DNA of 30,896 bases, taken from a virus. The notes beneath the pieces were generated by a model. It was not told where the DNA came from. It saw nothing but the letters and a program-made list of their open reading frames with translations, and searched no databases. Below, piece after piece: positions 1 to 6,418 of the stretch. Location of the stretch: IMG/VR virus record IMGVR_UViG_3300001847_000838, positions 90,296 to 121,191 of that record, one strand, 5' to 3'. Made by a program: the position numbers and the translations under genes. The stretch's first letter is position 1. The number at the start of each line of letters is the position of its first letter.

Positions 1-155
1 CAATCATAATCAATGCTTTGAAATCCACCATCGCGGCTAGCGTGCATGCCTTGCATAATGTGAATTGCAAAATATTCTCTCTTTGTTAATCTTGGCTCAA
101 TGTGCCCGGTTTGCACATACTCCTCAGCCGCCTTTTCCAAGTCTTGTCGGGTCAT
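1..155 (-). CDS. Phage hypothetical protein, '[11 protein letters not shown]' family (partial, runs off window edge)
   Basis: Not in ORF track. ATG at 155 overlaps the TGA of the upstream gene (ATGA). Translates [44 protein letters not shown]..., a motif recurrent in small phage proteins. Confidence 0.7.
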   Translation of the reverse strand, partial: MTRQDLEKAAEEYVQTGHIEPRLTKREYFAIHIMQGMHASRDGGFQSIDYD

Positions 156-397
156 TCCACTGCCTCGTAAGTTGCTTCAAAAATATCTGGTTTGCAGGGA
201 TAAAATTCCCCTTCCACTCCCTTGATAATCCAATCACCCTCTTTGATAGTCATTACTCCTTCAAGTGTCCAAATACCCATCGGCTCATGTATTTTATTGT
301 GTCGAAACTCTTCTGGAACAAATGCTCTTAGTTCCTCAAGATTCTCTCCCGTCCATTGGACGGCTTCAATTACCACAGGTTTCTTTCTAAATTTCAT
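152..397 (-). CDS. Conserved small phage protein (KKPVVIEA...[14 protein letters not shown] family, PGDYG-like)
   Basis: 81 aa; N-terminal [15 protein letters not shown] and C-terminal [25 protein letters not shown] match a widespread phage family; SD AGAGG upstream. Confidence 0.85.
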   Translation of the reverse strand: MKFRKKPVVIEAVQWTGENLEELRAFVPEEFRHNKIHEPMGIWTLEGVMTIKEGDWIIKGVEGEFYPCKPDIFEATYEAVE

Positions 398-465
398 TTA
401 AAACCTCTTTACCACACGTGAGTAATACAACTAAACATTATTTTAATCCTTTTTTTATTAAAAGA

Positions 466-672
466 TGAATAAACACAAGGCAGGGCGCTACTCCTGCTTC
501 TGGTTACGTTGTCCCTGGTAGCCAGAACGTCAACAAGATTAGCTTGGGATAGGGCTATAGCTTGTTCTTATGCGTGTCTCCAGTAATTCTCCTTCAATAC
601 ACGAAGCTCTTCGCCACACGTGAGGGGCTTAAACCCTCAATTACAGCTTTCCACGCCGCTTGTGTTTATTCA
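466..672 (-). ncRNA. Candidate structured, tRNA-like non-coding RNA (~207 nt)
   Basis: Perfect 14-bp terminal inverted repeat (466-479/659-672) enclosing nested helices: GCGTG/CACGC, GTAATT/AATTAC, GAGGG/CCCTC, CGAA/TTCG, AACAAG/CTTGTT, ACGTT/AACGT with CTGG/CCAG, GCAGG/CCTGC. GC-rich island in an AT-rich intergenic gap; G-U extensions favour the minus strand. Confidence 0.7.
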
Positions 673-700
673 AAATTTTTAAAACATTAGTTTATTTTCT

Positions 701-1150
701 TTATATTGTTTCCCTTATAATATTTTTAACTATTAAACTAGATAAATGTTCATTTTCTTTACGAGATAGCAAAAATACAGTACAAATTTTAATTCCAAGC
801 TCTTCGTTAGCTCTAACAAAAGCTTTTTTATTTTCAAAGTCATTAATATTTCGTAATCCTTTTACGATTGCATACTCATTAATTTCTTGATTTTCTTGAT
901 CTTTTGCCATAAGTTCGTTTACAAACTCAACAAAAGATCCATTATAAGGAAGGACAATTACTTGATCTTTTGGTGCACCCGTGCGACGAAGAGCTTCCTC
1001 TACTCGCTCATAGTATTTCATTGATTTTTGAATGTTATCGCATTCTACAGCTACAACTATACGGTCAAACAGCTTAGAGGCATCTTCCATGATGCCAACG
1101 TGTCCTCTATGAACTGGATTAAACTTTCCTGGGATAACCGCCACTTTCAT
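701..1150 (-). CDS. coaD: Phosphopantetheine adenylyltransferase-like nucleotidyltransferase (HxGH cytidylyltransferase-like family)
   Basis: PGKFNPVHRGH (cf. CoaD PGxFDPxTxGH), LFDRIVVAV, IVKGLR..DFE and C-terminal LSSLIVK follow the CoaD pattern; 149 aa. Confidence 0.75.
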   Translation of the reverse strand: MKVAVIPGKFNPVHRGHVGIMEDASKLFDRIVVAVECDNIQKSMKYYERVEEALRRTGAPKDQVIVLPYNGSFVEFVNELMAKDQENQEINEYAIVKGLRNINDFENKKAFVRANEELGIKICTVFLLSRKENEHLSSLIVKNIIRETI

Positions 1151-1356
1151 CTGTCGCCCATACGATCGTATAGATCATCAGCATATCTTTCTACTTGACC
1201 CTGAGCTATATCGCATCCGTATGCATCTAAAAGCTCATCCATTTCTTCATCGTCAAGTTCTTCTCCGTTATCAACATAATAACCAGATTCAATCATGACT
1301 TCATCCCCAAACCCAGAAACTTCAATTTCAACTTCTCTATTGTTTAATTTGTACAT
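1147..1356 (-). CDS. Small highly acidic early protein
   Basis: 69 aa, 22 D/E vs 5 K/R; AGGAG SD and sigma70 promoter directly upstream; ATGA overlap with the coaD-like gene. Confidence 0.8.
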   Translation of the reverse strand: MYKLNNREVEIEVSGFGDEVMIESGYYVDNGEELDDEEMDELLDAYGCDIAQGQVERYADDLYDRMGDR

Positions 1357-1362
1357 AAAGAT

Positions 1363-1424
1363 CTCCTATATTTTTAAATTAACAAACTTAACCAATAAGG
1401 TCAAGTGTTTAAAGTTTAGTCACA
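1363..1424. repeat. 62-bp exact direct repeat, copy 1 (promoter + SD cassette)
   Basis: ctcctatatttttaaattaacaaacttaaccaataaggtcaagtgtttaaagtttagtcaca, identical to 1677-1738. Confidence 0.95.
1376..1404 (-). promoter_or_regulatory. sigma70-type early promoter
   Basis: TTGACC-N17-TAATTT with extended TG, followed by AGGAG SD. Confidence 0.75.
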
Positions 1425-1670
1425 AACATGATAATAACCACCTTTAGGGCCTTCAATAAAAACACTTGACCCAAAACATCTTTTGCGTTGAGCAAAGTAA
1501 AATTCTTGGGCTTCTTTTTTTGAGCTAAAAGTTGCGGGTTTTATAGGACCCCATCCAGCCATAGCTATATAAAACTCGCCATCCATGCCCATAGTGTGAA
1601 CTGCATAGCCTTTGCCGCCACCTTCCATAGTAAGAGGGATATGGGCTTTTACAGTGAAACCTTTTTTCAT
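1416..1670 (-). CDS. Hypothetical early protein flanked by direct repeats
   Basis: 84 aa; AGGAGG SD; its last codons (TGT GAC TAA) lie inside repeat copy 1. Confidence 0.8.
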   Translation of the reverse strand: MKKGFTVKAHIPLTMEGGGKGYAVHTMGMDGEFYIAMAGWGPIKPATFSSKKEAQEFYFAQRKRCFGSSVFIEGPKGGYYHVCD

Positions 1671-1676
1671 ACTAAC

Positions 1677-1738
1677 CTCCTATATTTTTAAATTAACAAA
1701 CTTAACCAATAAGGTCAAGTGTTTAAAGTTTAGTCACA
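1677..1738. repeat. 62-bp exact direct repeat, copy 2 (promoter + SD cassette)
   Basis: Identical to 1363-1424. Confidence 0.95.
1690..1718 (-). promoter_or_regulatory. sigma70-type early promoter
   Basis: TTGACC-N17-TAATTT, same sequence as 1376-1404. Confidence 0.75.
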
Positions 1739-1911
1739 TTAATAACCCTAGCATTAGGGCGTCTCGCTTCCGCTGCTATTATTGCCGCTGTCATATCCTT
1801 GGCTTTGATTATGACTGTTTCCACTCCCATCTCCGATAGAACTTTCAAAACTACTACAAACTCCTGAAGATCCTTCGATTTTTTCTTCTTGTTTCGGCTC
1901 GTTTTGCTCAT
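1723..1911 (-). CDS. Hypothetical protein (62 aa, MSKTSRNKKK...)
   Basis: 3' part of track ORF 1723..2067; ATG at 1911 with GGAG upstream; protein-like composition. Confidence 0.55.
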   Translation of the reverse strand: MSKTSRNKKKKSKDLQEFVVVLKVLSEMGVETVIIKAKDMTAAIIAAEARRPNARVINVTKL

Positions 1912-2092
1912 CTGATATAATTCTCCAAGGTCGGTTTTTACTTGCTGAAAAATTGTAAGTATGCCCTGCCATTTTGGCGTTGATTTGTTCTGCCACACAA
2001 GGGCAGTTAGCTTCAATTGTATTATTTTGATAAATTGTATACCCATGCCACTGATCGCAACGATCACACCAAGAAAGAGTTTGGTATTTCAT
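1754..2092 (-). CDS. Hypothetical protein with CxxC...CxC motif and low-complexity tail
   Basis: Likely start MKYQTLSWCDRC at 2092 (ATGA overlap with the upstream stop). Confidence 0.55.
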   Translation of the reverse strand: MKYQTLSWCDRCDQWHGYTIYQNNTIEANCPCVAEQINAKMAGHTYNFSASKNRPWRIISDEQNEPKQEEKIEGSSGVCSSFESSIGDGSGNSHNQSQGYDSGNNSSGSETP

Positions 2093-2331
2093 TCTTCTGG
2101 ATCCCACTCGTTAACTCTTGGTCCATGTTTTGTACCCCCATGATAAGTGTCTGGTACAAATACGCACTTACAGATAGGTGGCTTCATGCCGTGCTCTTCT
2201 TGCATAGCTAATATAACGTCGGCAACCTCTTCTATTGTTTTTTCGTTAGAACCTAACCATTTATCTAAACCTACTTCTAAGATCTTGTTCTTGATTTCTG
2301 TAACCATTTCACTTCTTTTCATCTTAAGCAC
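2089..2331 (-). CDS. Hypothetical phage protein
   Basis: 80 aa in a tightly packed minus-strand run (alternative start MKRSEM). Confidence 0.75.
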   Translation of the reverse strand: MLKMKRSEMVTEIKNKILEVGLDKWLGSNEKTIEEVADVILAMQEEHGMKPPICKCVFVPDTYHGGTKHGPRVNEWDPEE

Positions 2332-2546
2332 CCTTTCTCTTTGAGTTCTTTTTTAAGAAGTTTATTATTAGCTTCATAGCATTCTTTTCTAGAGCCCGTT
2401 ACTTCACATTGTTTTTTTCTAAATTCAACATCATAAGATATATTTTCAACAATCTTTTGACAAGACAAAACATAATAAGACTTATGAGCTACAAATAAAA
2501 TTATAGCAATAAGTAAAGATGTTAATATCATAAATAGTCTTTTCAC
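2319..2546 (-). CDS. Hypothetical membrane-anchored/secreted protein
   Basis: N-terminal hydrophobic segment, several Cys; GTG start with GGAG SD. Confidence 0.7.
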   Translation of the reverse strand: MKRLFMILTSLLIAIILFVAHKSYYVLSCQKIVENISYDVEFRKKQCEVTGSRKECYEANNKLLKKELKEKGCLR

Positions 2547-2556
2547 AATCTTCTCC

Positions 2557-2760
2557 TTATTTGTTTTCTTTGTCTATAATTTCAGAAGGAGTACAATACA
2601 TACGCACTTTATTGTAAGCTTCTTCTAATCTTACTTGATTAGCCCCAATGTTTAATAAGCAACGCTTTTCATCTTTAAATACATAAGTTTCAATATTTAC
2701 AGTGGCTTTTTTTGTTCCGACATCATTTATTAATAGAGCCGTTAAAACATATACCTTCAT
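2557..2760 (-). CDS. Hypothetical protein
   Basis: 67 aa; AGGAAAG upstream; packed with neighbours. Confidence 0.7.
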   Translation of the reverse strand: MKVYVLTALLINDVGTKKATVNIETYVFKDEKRCLLNIGANQVRLEEAYNKVRMYCTPSEIIDKENK

Positions 2761-3019
2761 AACTTTCCTTTTCTTTTTGAGTTAAAGTTTTTGCGCTTAA
2801 GCTTTTAGAGTTTGATCTTCCCCATTTTTTGTTCATATTAACATAAGTTTCTGTGCGTTTGCTTGGTTTTTCTCCGCTTTTTATGTAGTTTACATAGCAA
2901 TGCGTGGTACAAGCTACGTCCATTACATTTCTGCTTCTTCGAACTACAACGGCCCTTTTCATGCCAAGCTTTGTCCATTTAATTGGTTTTTTGCATCTTA
3001 CACACACGTTTCTTTTCAT
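2723..3019 (-). CDS. Hypothetical basic protein with CxxC...CxxxC (possible Zn-binding)
   Basis: Likely start MKRNVCVRC at 3019 (ATGA overlap with the upstream stop). Confidence 0.6.
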   Translation of the reverse strand: MKRNVCVRCKKPIKWTKLGMKRAVVVRRSRNVMDVACTTHCYVNYIKSGEKPSKRTETYVNMNKKWGRSNSKSLSAKTLTQKEKESYEGICFNGSINK

Positions 3020-3204
3020 CTTTTTTTCCTCCAAACACACTCTGGTCCGCGACCATCTTTAGGTCTTAAACGATACTCTTCACCGCCATTATTAAAACAG
3101 TTTTCTAAAGTAGGATTTTGATTAAACTTGTCTTCTGGCGTTAAAATAAAATCTTTGTCAGAACAAGAACAAAGCAGTAAAACGGTTACAATAATAATTT
3201 TCAT
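3016..3204 (-). CDS. Putative lipoprotein
   Basis: MKIIIVTVLLLCSC: short signal peptide with a lipobox-like L-C-S-C. Confidence 0.7.
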   Translation of the reverse strand: MKIIIVTVLLLCSCSDKDFILTPEDKFNQNPTLENCFNNGGEEYRLRPKDGRGPECVWRKKR

Positions 3205-3205
3205 A

Positions 3206-3394
3206 TTAATCTCTTGTTATAGTTATTTTTGTTTTTCTATTTACATATATAGCTACTTTTTTGGTCCATCTTGAAAGCTCCACAATTAGATCTCCTTTGT
3301 TCAGATCAAATTTATATCTATTAAAGTCTGCTGCAATATATTTTTTAACTGCATTATTCATATGATTCCTCATATTTTTTAAAGCATGATACAA
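3206..3394 (-). CDS. Hypothetical protein
   Basis: 62 aa ORF filling the gap in the gene run; start uncertain (TTG 3394 or a downstream ATG). Confidence 0.55.
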   Translation of the reverse strand: MYHALKNMRNHMNNAVKKYIAADFNRYKFDLNKGDLIVELSRWTKKVAIYVNRKTKITITRD

Positions 3395-3623
3395 AATTGT
3401 TTTTTTTATTTAACAAAGGCTTGTTCCCTGCGGCTTTTCTTCGTATATAATAGTTTTTATTTCGAGCTTTCTTTTTAGCTTTGCGCTCAGTTTCGGGCAG
3501 GGTTCTAGCTTGGCCATAGCAAATAGAAGAACAATATTTAGGTTTAAAACGGTTGTTATCGCGAAAACGTGTAACTCGAGCTTGAAAGATCTTGTTGCAA
3601 TAAGCACAAGTGCAAGATTTCAT
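3354..3623 (-). CDS. Basic Zn-finger protein (CxxCxKxF...YCSxxC)
   Basis: CAYCNKIF...KYCSSICYG treble-clef-like motif with a K/R-rich helix; ATGA overlap with the upstream gene. Confidence 0.7.
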   Translation of the reverse strand: MKSCTCAYCNKIFQARVTRFRDNNRFKPKYCSSICYGQARTLPETERKAKKKARNKNYYIRRKAAGNKPLLNKKNNFVSCFKKYEESYE

Positions 3624-3862
3624 AAACTTTGCTCCTCAAGCAGCTCCATTACTTTTAGAGCTTCATACCCTTCAGCAGATAGCGCCGCAATGTTGGGCTG
3701 ATAATAGGCAAGCAAAAAATCTTTAGCAATAAACTGTTTGCATTGCTCTTGTGTACGAAATGGACCAATTTCTACGGTGTCCCATGCAGAGCGTGGACCA
3801 ATTACATAATAAGTGATCTTTAGCTTATTTAATTGACCAAATTTTGTCATACAATCCAACAT
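3620..3862 (-). CDS. Hypothetical protein
   Basis: 80 aa; AAGGAG SD. Confidence 0.7.
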   Translation of the reverse strand: MLDCMTKFGQLNKLKITYYVIGPRSAWDTVEIGPFRTQEQCKQFIAKDFLLAYYQPNIAALSAEGYEALKVMELLEEQSL

Positions 3863-4071
3863 GTTTTCTCCTTAATGCGCGTAGCCCTAATTCGTACATA
3901 ATGGCTAGGCATGGCAATTTCATATTCTTTGCGAAGCTTTTTGGCTTCAGTATAGTCTATTATAATAGCATTATCTACAACCTCCCAGCCCCAAAAGTCA
4001 CGACCAGGAAGATCAGAAAAAGGTATATAATCTTTTTCGCGTGCTACAATTTGAAAAGTATTATTGATCAT
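3847..4071 (-). CDS. Hypothetical early protein
   Basis: 74 aa; first gene after promoter 4096-4124. Confidence 0.7.
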   Translation of the reverse strand: MINNTFQIVAREKDYIPFSDLPGRDFWGWEVVDNAIIIDYTEAKKLRKEYEIAMPSHYVRIRATRIKEKTCWIV

Positions 4072-4095
4072 AAACCCTTCTTGCCTTGTGCTTTT

Positions 4096-4124
4096 AGAAT
4101 AGCAAAACTGACAAAAAAGGTCAA
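4096..4124 (-). promoter_or_regulatory. sigma70-type early promoter
   Basis: TTGACC-N17-TATTCT with extended TG. Confidence 0.75.
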
Positions 4125-4275
4125 TAGTTTTATAAAACTTATGTTTTTATTATATATTAAAAAGCGCCAGGTCTAAAATACTCAGATCTGTGATCTACAT
4201 AATTTGTACTAATATCAGTAGATACAATTCTTGCTTTTGGCGTAAAAGATAAAGTTTATAAAAGCTTACAAAAAT

Positions 4276-4352
4276 TGGTACTTCGTAAAGGAGTTGAACC
4301 TTTCTCTCGAACGCTTATAAGACGCCCTCAGACTACCGGCCCGCCACGAAGC
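4276..4352 (-). tRNA. trnI: tRNA-Ile (anticodon UAU), atypical D arm, encoded CCA
   Basis: Acceptor GCTTCGT/ACGAAGT + A-CCA; anticodon loop CT-TAT-AA (4315-4321); T arm AAAGG-TTCAACT-CCTTT; D arm CGGGC-CGGTA-GTCTG; G at position 8. Confidence 0.85.
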
Positions 4353-4366
4353 AAGGTTAAGATAAA

Positions 4367-4738
4367 CTATAACAATTTTAGACTTGCAGTGATTTTGTCG
4401 ATTTCACTGTCATCCCAAGGACCAATTGCAACAGCTGTTCTAGTTTGTATACCATTAAATTCGGTATTTCCCGCATCTGTTACAATATAAGCAGATATAC
4501 TGTTTTTAAGAGCTTCTTCGTGAATTTTAACAAGATCAATTTCTGAGTTAACTGAAACAACTATTTTTTTACTCCCCAATCGTTTCCATTGCTCATAATA
4601 ACGATGTGCACGCTTTGAGGCGCAATTTAATAAAATAGGCAACAAAACATTTTCTACAGCATGTGCGGCTTGTGCAATCATTTTACCTTTACGCATCTTA
4701 AGGTCTTTACGGACCACAATAACCATTTTGGTATTCAT
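4367..4738 (-). CDS. pth2: Peptidyl-tRNA hydrolase, Pth2 family
   Basis: KMVIVVRKDLKMRKGKMIAQAAHA, KKIVV, DAGNTE, TAVAIGP, IDKITASLKLL: full Pth2 signature. Confidence 0.95.
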   Translation of the reverse strand: MNTKMVIVVRKDLKMRKGKMIAQAAHAVENVLLPILLNCASKRAHRYYEQWKRLGSKKIVVSVNSEIDLVKIHEEALKNSISAYIVTDAGNTEFNGIQTRTAVAIGPWDDSEIDKITASLKLL

Positions 4739-5019
4739 GTTTTTTCCTTTATTTTATAAAATATAATAATAAAAGATATTAAATAGATAGCTCCACAAGC
4801 AGCCCAAGATTGGAATGCTAAATTGTTCCATTCAAGCGTTATAATTTCTAAAAAACTGCCAAACCAAAAAACTGGTAAAAATATAGGACTTGTTATAGTT
4901 AGCATTATATAGCCAAAAACATTTAGCATACTTGCATAAGGTATTAACCGAAGAGCTAACATCAAAACGGTAGTAGCTATTGAAGCCATAAAGTGTGTGG
5001 CAAGTATTCTATCTCTCAT
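4735..5019 (-). CDS. Small multi-pass membrane protein
   Basis: 94 aa with about 3 hydrophobic segments; ATGA overlap with pth2. Confidence 0.75.
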   Translation of the reverse strand: MRDRILATHFMASIATTVLMLALRLIPYASMLNVFGYIMLTITSPIFLPVFWFGSFLEIITLEWNNLAFQSWAACGAIYLISFIIIFYKIKEKT

Positions 5020-5025
5020 AATGTT

Positions 5026-5034
5026 AGAATATCA
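5026..5034 (-). promoter_or_regulatory. Extended -10 promoter, probably giving a leaderless mRNA
   Basis: TG-A-TATTCT ends 6 nt before the ATG at 5019; no SD present. Confidence 0.5.
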
Positions 5035-5042
5035 CTTTAAAA

Positions 5043-5150
5043 AGCAAAAAGAAAGGGCTAGCTATCTTTTAGGGGAAATAAAAGATAGCAGGGTAACTTA
5101 AGAGGAGATCTAGTCGTCATCATGACAAACGGTTACTTTTTCGCCCTACT
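5043..5150 (-). ncRNA. Candidate structured small RNA / terminator-like element
   Basis: Closing AGGGC/GCCCT, 11-bp hairpin 5061-5089, GTAAC/GTTAC stem with a GTCAT/ATGAC sub-hairpin; U-tract at the minus-strand 3' end. Confidence 0.45.
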
Positions 5151-5314
5151 TTTATATATATCACATATCACAATATTATTAAAACTTTTTAATGGTTAGA
5201 TTTAAAGTATAGCTTTTAAGCAATAGAAAACCCTGGCTTTACAAAAAATATAAAAGCCATAGTAAAAAGTTATAAATAAGCAGTAAATATGCTCACTATA
5301 AAACTAAAGGTTAC

Positions 5315-5884
5315 TTACGGCAAAGTAGTGCCGTCCTTATCGTTCTCGGGGTTAGGCATCAAGTTATCAAGCGCTTCTAAACCTGTACCATCTCCGCTCA
5401 CCTGATCCTGCTGATGATCTTCTTCTTTAAAGATCTTGCGCCCAGAGGTTACTGGTGGAGATTTTGCATCTATTAAAGATTGCCTTTTCTTTTCTTTACT
5501 ATCTTTTATTACTGGAAAGTTATCTTTTAAATCTTTTATTAACTTTTTCTTAACTTTTATTTTTCCTGCGATTTCATCTTCAACCATCTGAACAAAGTCT
5601 TCAATAGACTCCTCTTCTTCAGCATCATAGTTAGGGTTGATCGCCCGCTGTATCCTTGTTTCAAGCGCGTAGGAGGCTTCCTCAGCGTCACTTTCGTTTA
5701 ATTGCTCTATTTGATGTTCAAAATAATGTTTAAGCACATAATCATAAGGAAGCTTTTCTACATCGGGCAAAGGCATATGGTAACGCTCTGAAAAACTTCG
5801 GCATATTTTTCGATAATAATAAGCTTCGTCTGGCTCGAGTACTGATGCTAAAGCTATGTCGTGAATTTTGACCATTTCGCTCAA
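5315..5884 (-). CDS. Putative tail assembly chaperone partner (gpT-like), acidic
   Basis: Follows a TAC-like gene; YRKICRSFSERYHMPLP helical N-domain and acidic tail; TTG start with GGAG SD (or ATG at 5875). Confidence 0.5.
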   Translation of the reverse strand: MSEMVKIHDIALASVLEPDEAYYYRKICRSFSERYHMPLPDVEKLPYDYVLKHYFEHQIEQLNESDAEEASYALETRIQRAINPNYDAEEEESIEDFVQMVEDEIAGKIKVKKKLIKDLKDNFPVIKDSKEKKRQSLIDAKSPPVTSGRKIFKEEDHQQDQVSGDGTGLEALDNLMPNPENDKDGTTLP

Positions 5885-5887
5885 GAA

Positions 5888-6364
5888 TTACTCCAAATCT
5901 TCTTTTTTTATTTCTTCATTCAATTTACGTTTGTCTAAAGCTTCTTTTAGTTTATTTATTGCTTCTTCATGTTTTTTTTGAAGCTCTTGACGATATTTAA
6001 CTTCTGATTTTACTGCAGCTTCAAGAATAACTTCTAATATTTCGTGATCTTTAAGTCCAGAACCTCCATAACGAGTACCTTTTTCATACCAAAAAGGAGG
6101 GGCATCTAAAACTCTTTGCCTAAGCTGGGCTAAAGCGTAGGCAATTGTATCGGCATGTGTACTGACAAATTCTGCGTTTTTTCCTAAAAGCTCACGATAA
6201 TCTTTATCAGCTTCTATATATTGAATAGGATTTAAAGAACAAAGAAATTTAAACACACCTACATAGGTGCCAGTTATTTGGCCGTGATGCCTTAAGTTAT
6301 AAGTCGCCGTACCTTCTTCTAAGTTGATGTTTATATCGTTTTCATTTACTTTTTCATTAAGCAT
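5888..6364 (-). CDS. Putative tail assembly chaperone
   Basis: 158 aa; YxGxFxF...AYALAQL...APPFW...D..IL pattern resembles myovirus tail assembly chaperones; AGGAG SD. Function is inferred. Confidence 0.55.
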   Translation of the reverse strand: MLNEKVNENDININLEEGTATYNLRHHGQITGTYVGVFKFLCSLNPIQYIEADKDYRELLGKNAEFVSTHADTIAYALAQLRQRVLDAPPFWYEKGTRYGGSGLKDHEILEVILEAAVKSEVKYRQELQKKHEEAINKLKEALDKRKLNEEIKKEDLE

Positions 6365-6396
6365 GACAATCTCCTGGCTATATCATATCATAGCGG

Positions 6397-6403
6397 TAAT
6401 CTT
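6397..6403 (+). promoter_or_regulatory. Candidate late-promoter motif TAATCTT
   Basis: 15 nt upstream of ATG 6419; same motif precedes four other genes. Confidence 0.4.
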
Positions 6404-6418
6404 TATAGTGAGGTTTGC

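Noticed and set aside
466-672. Canonical tRNA, intron-containing tRNA or tmRNA
   Set aside because: No TTCRA T-loop, no 7-nt anticodon loop, no CCA and no tag ORF; kept only as an unclassified ncRNA candidate.
1363-1738. 62-bp repeats as a CRISPR array or IS ends
   Set aside because: Only two direct copies, a 252-bp gene-containing spacer, and no cas or transposase genes; the repeat is explained by promoter + SD content.
4165-4242. Possible structured RNA downstream of the tRNA (CGCCA/TGGCG, ATCTAC/GTAGAT)
   Set aside because: Only short 5-6 bp helices in AT-rich DNA; no ribozyme or riboswitch core recognised.
65-4490. Plus-strand ORFs (65..331, 660..890, 1612..1839, 1961..2344, 2900..3121, 3510..3701, 3844..4176, 4275..4490)
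   Set aside because: Antisense shadows of well-packed minus-strand genes or the tRNA; no SD or recognisable motifs.
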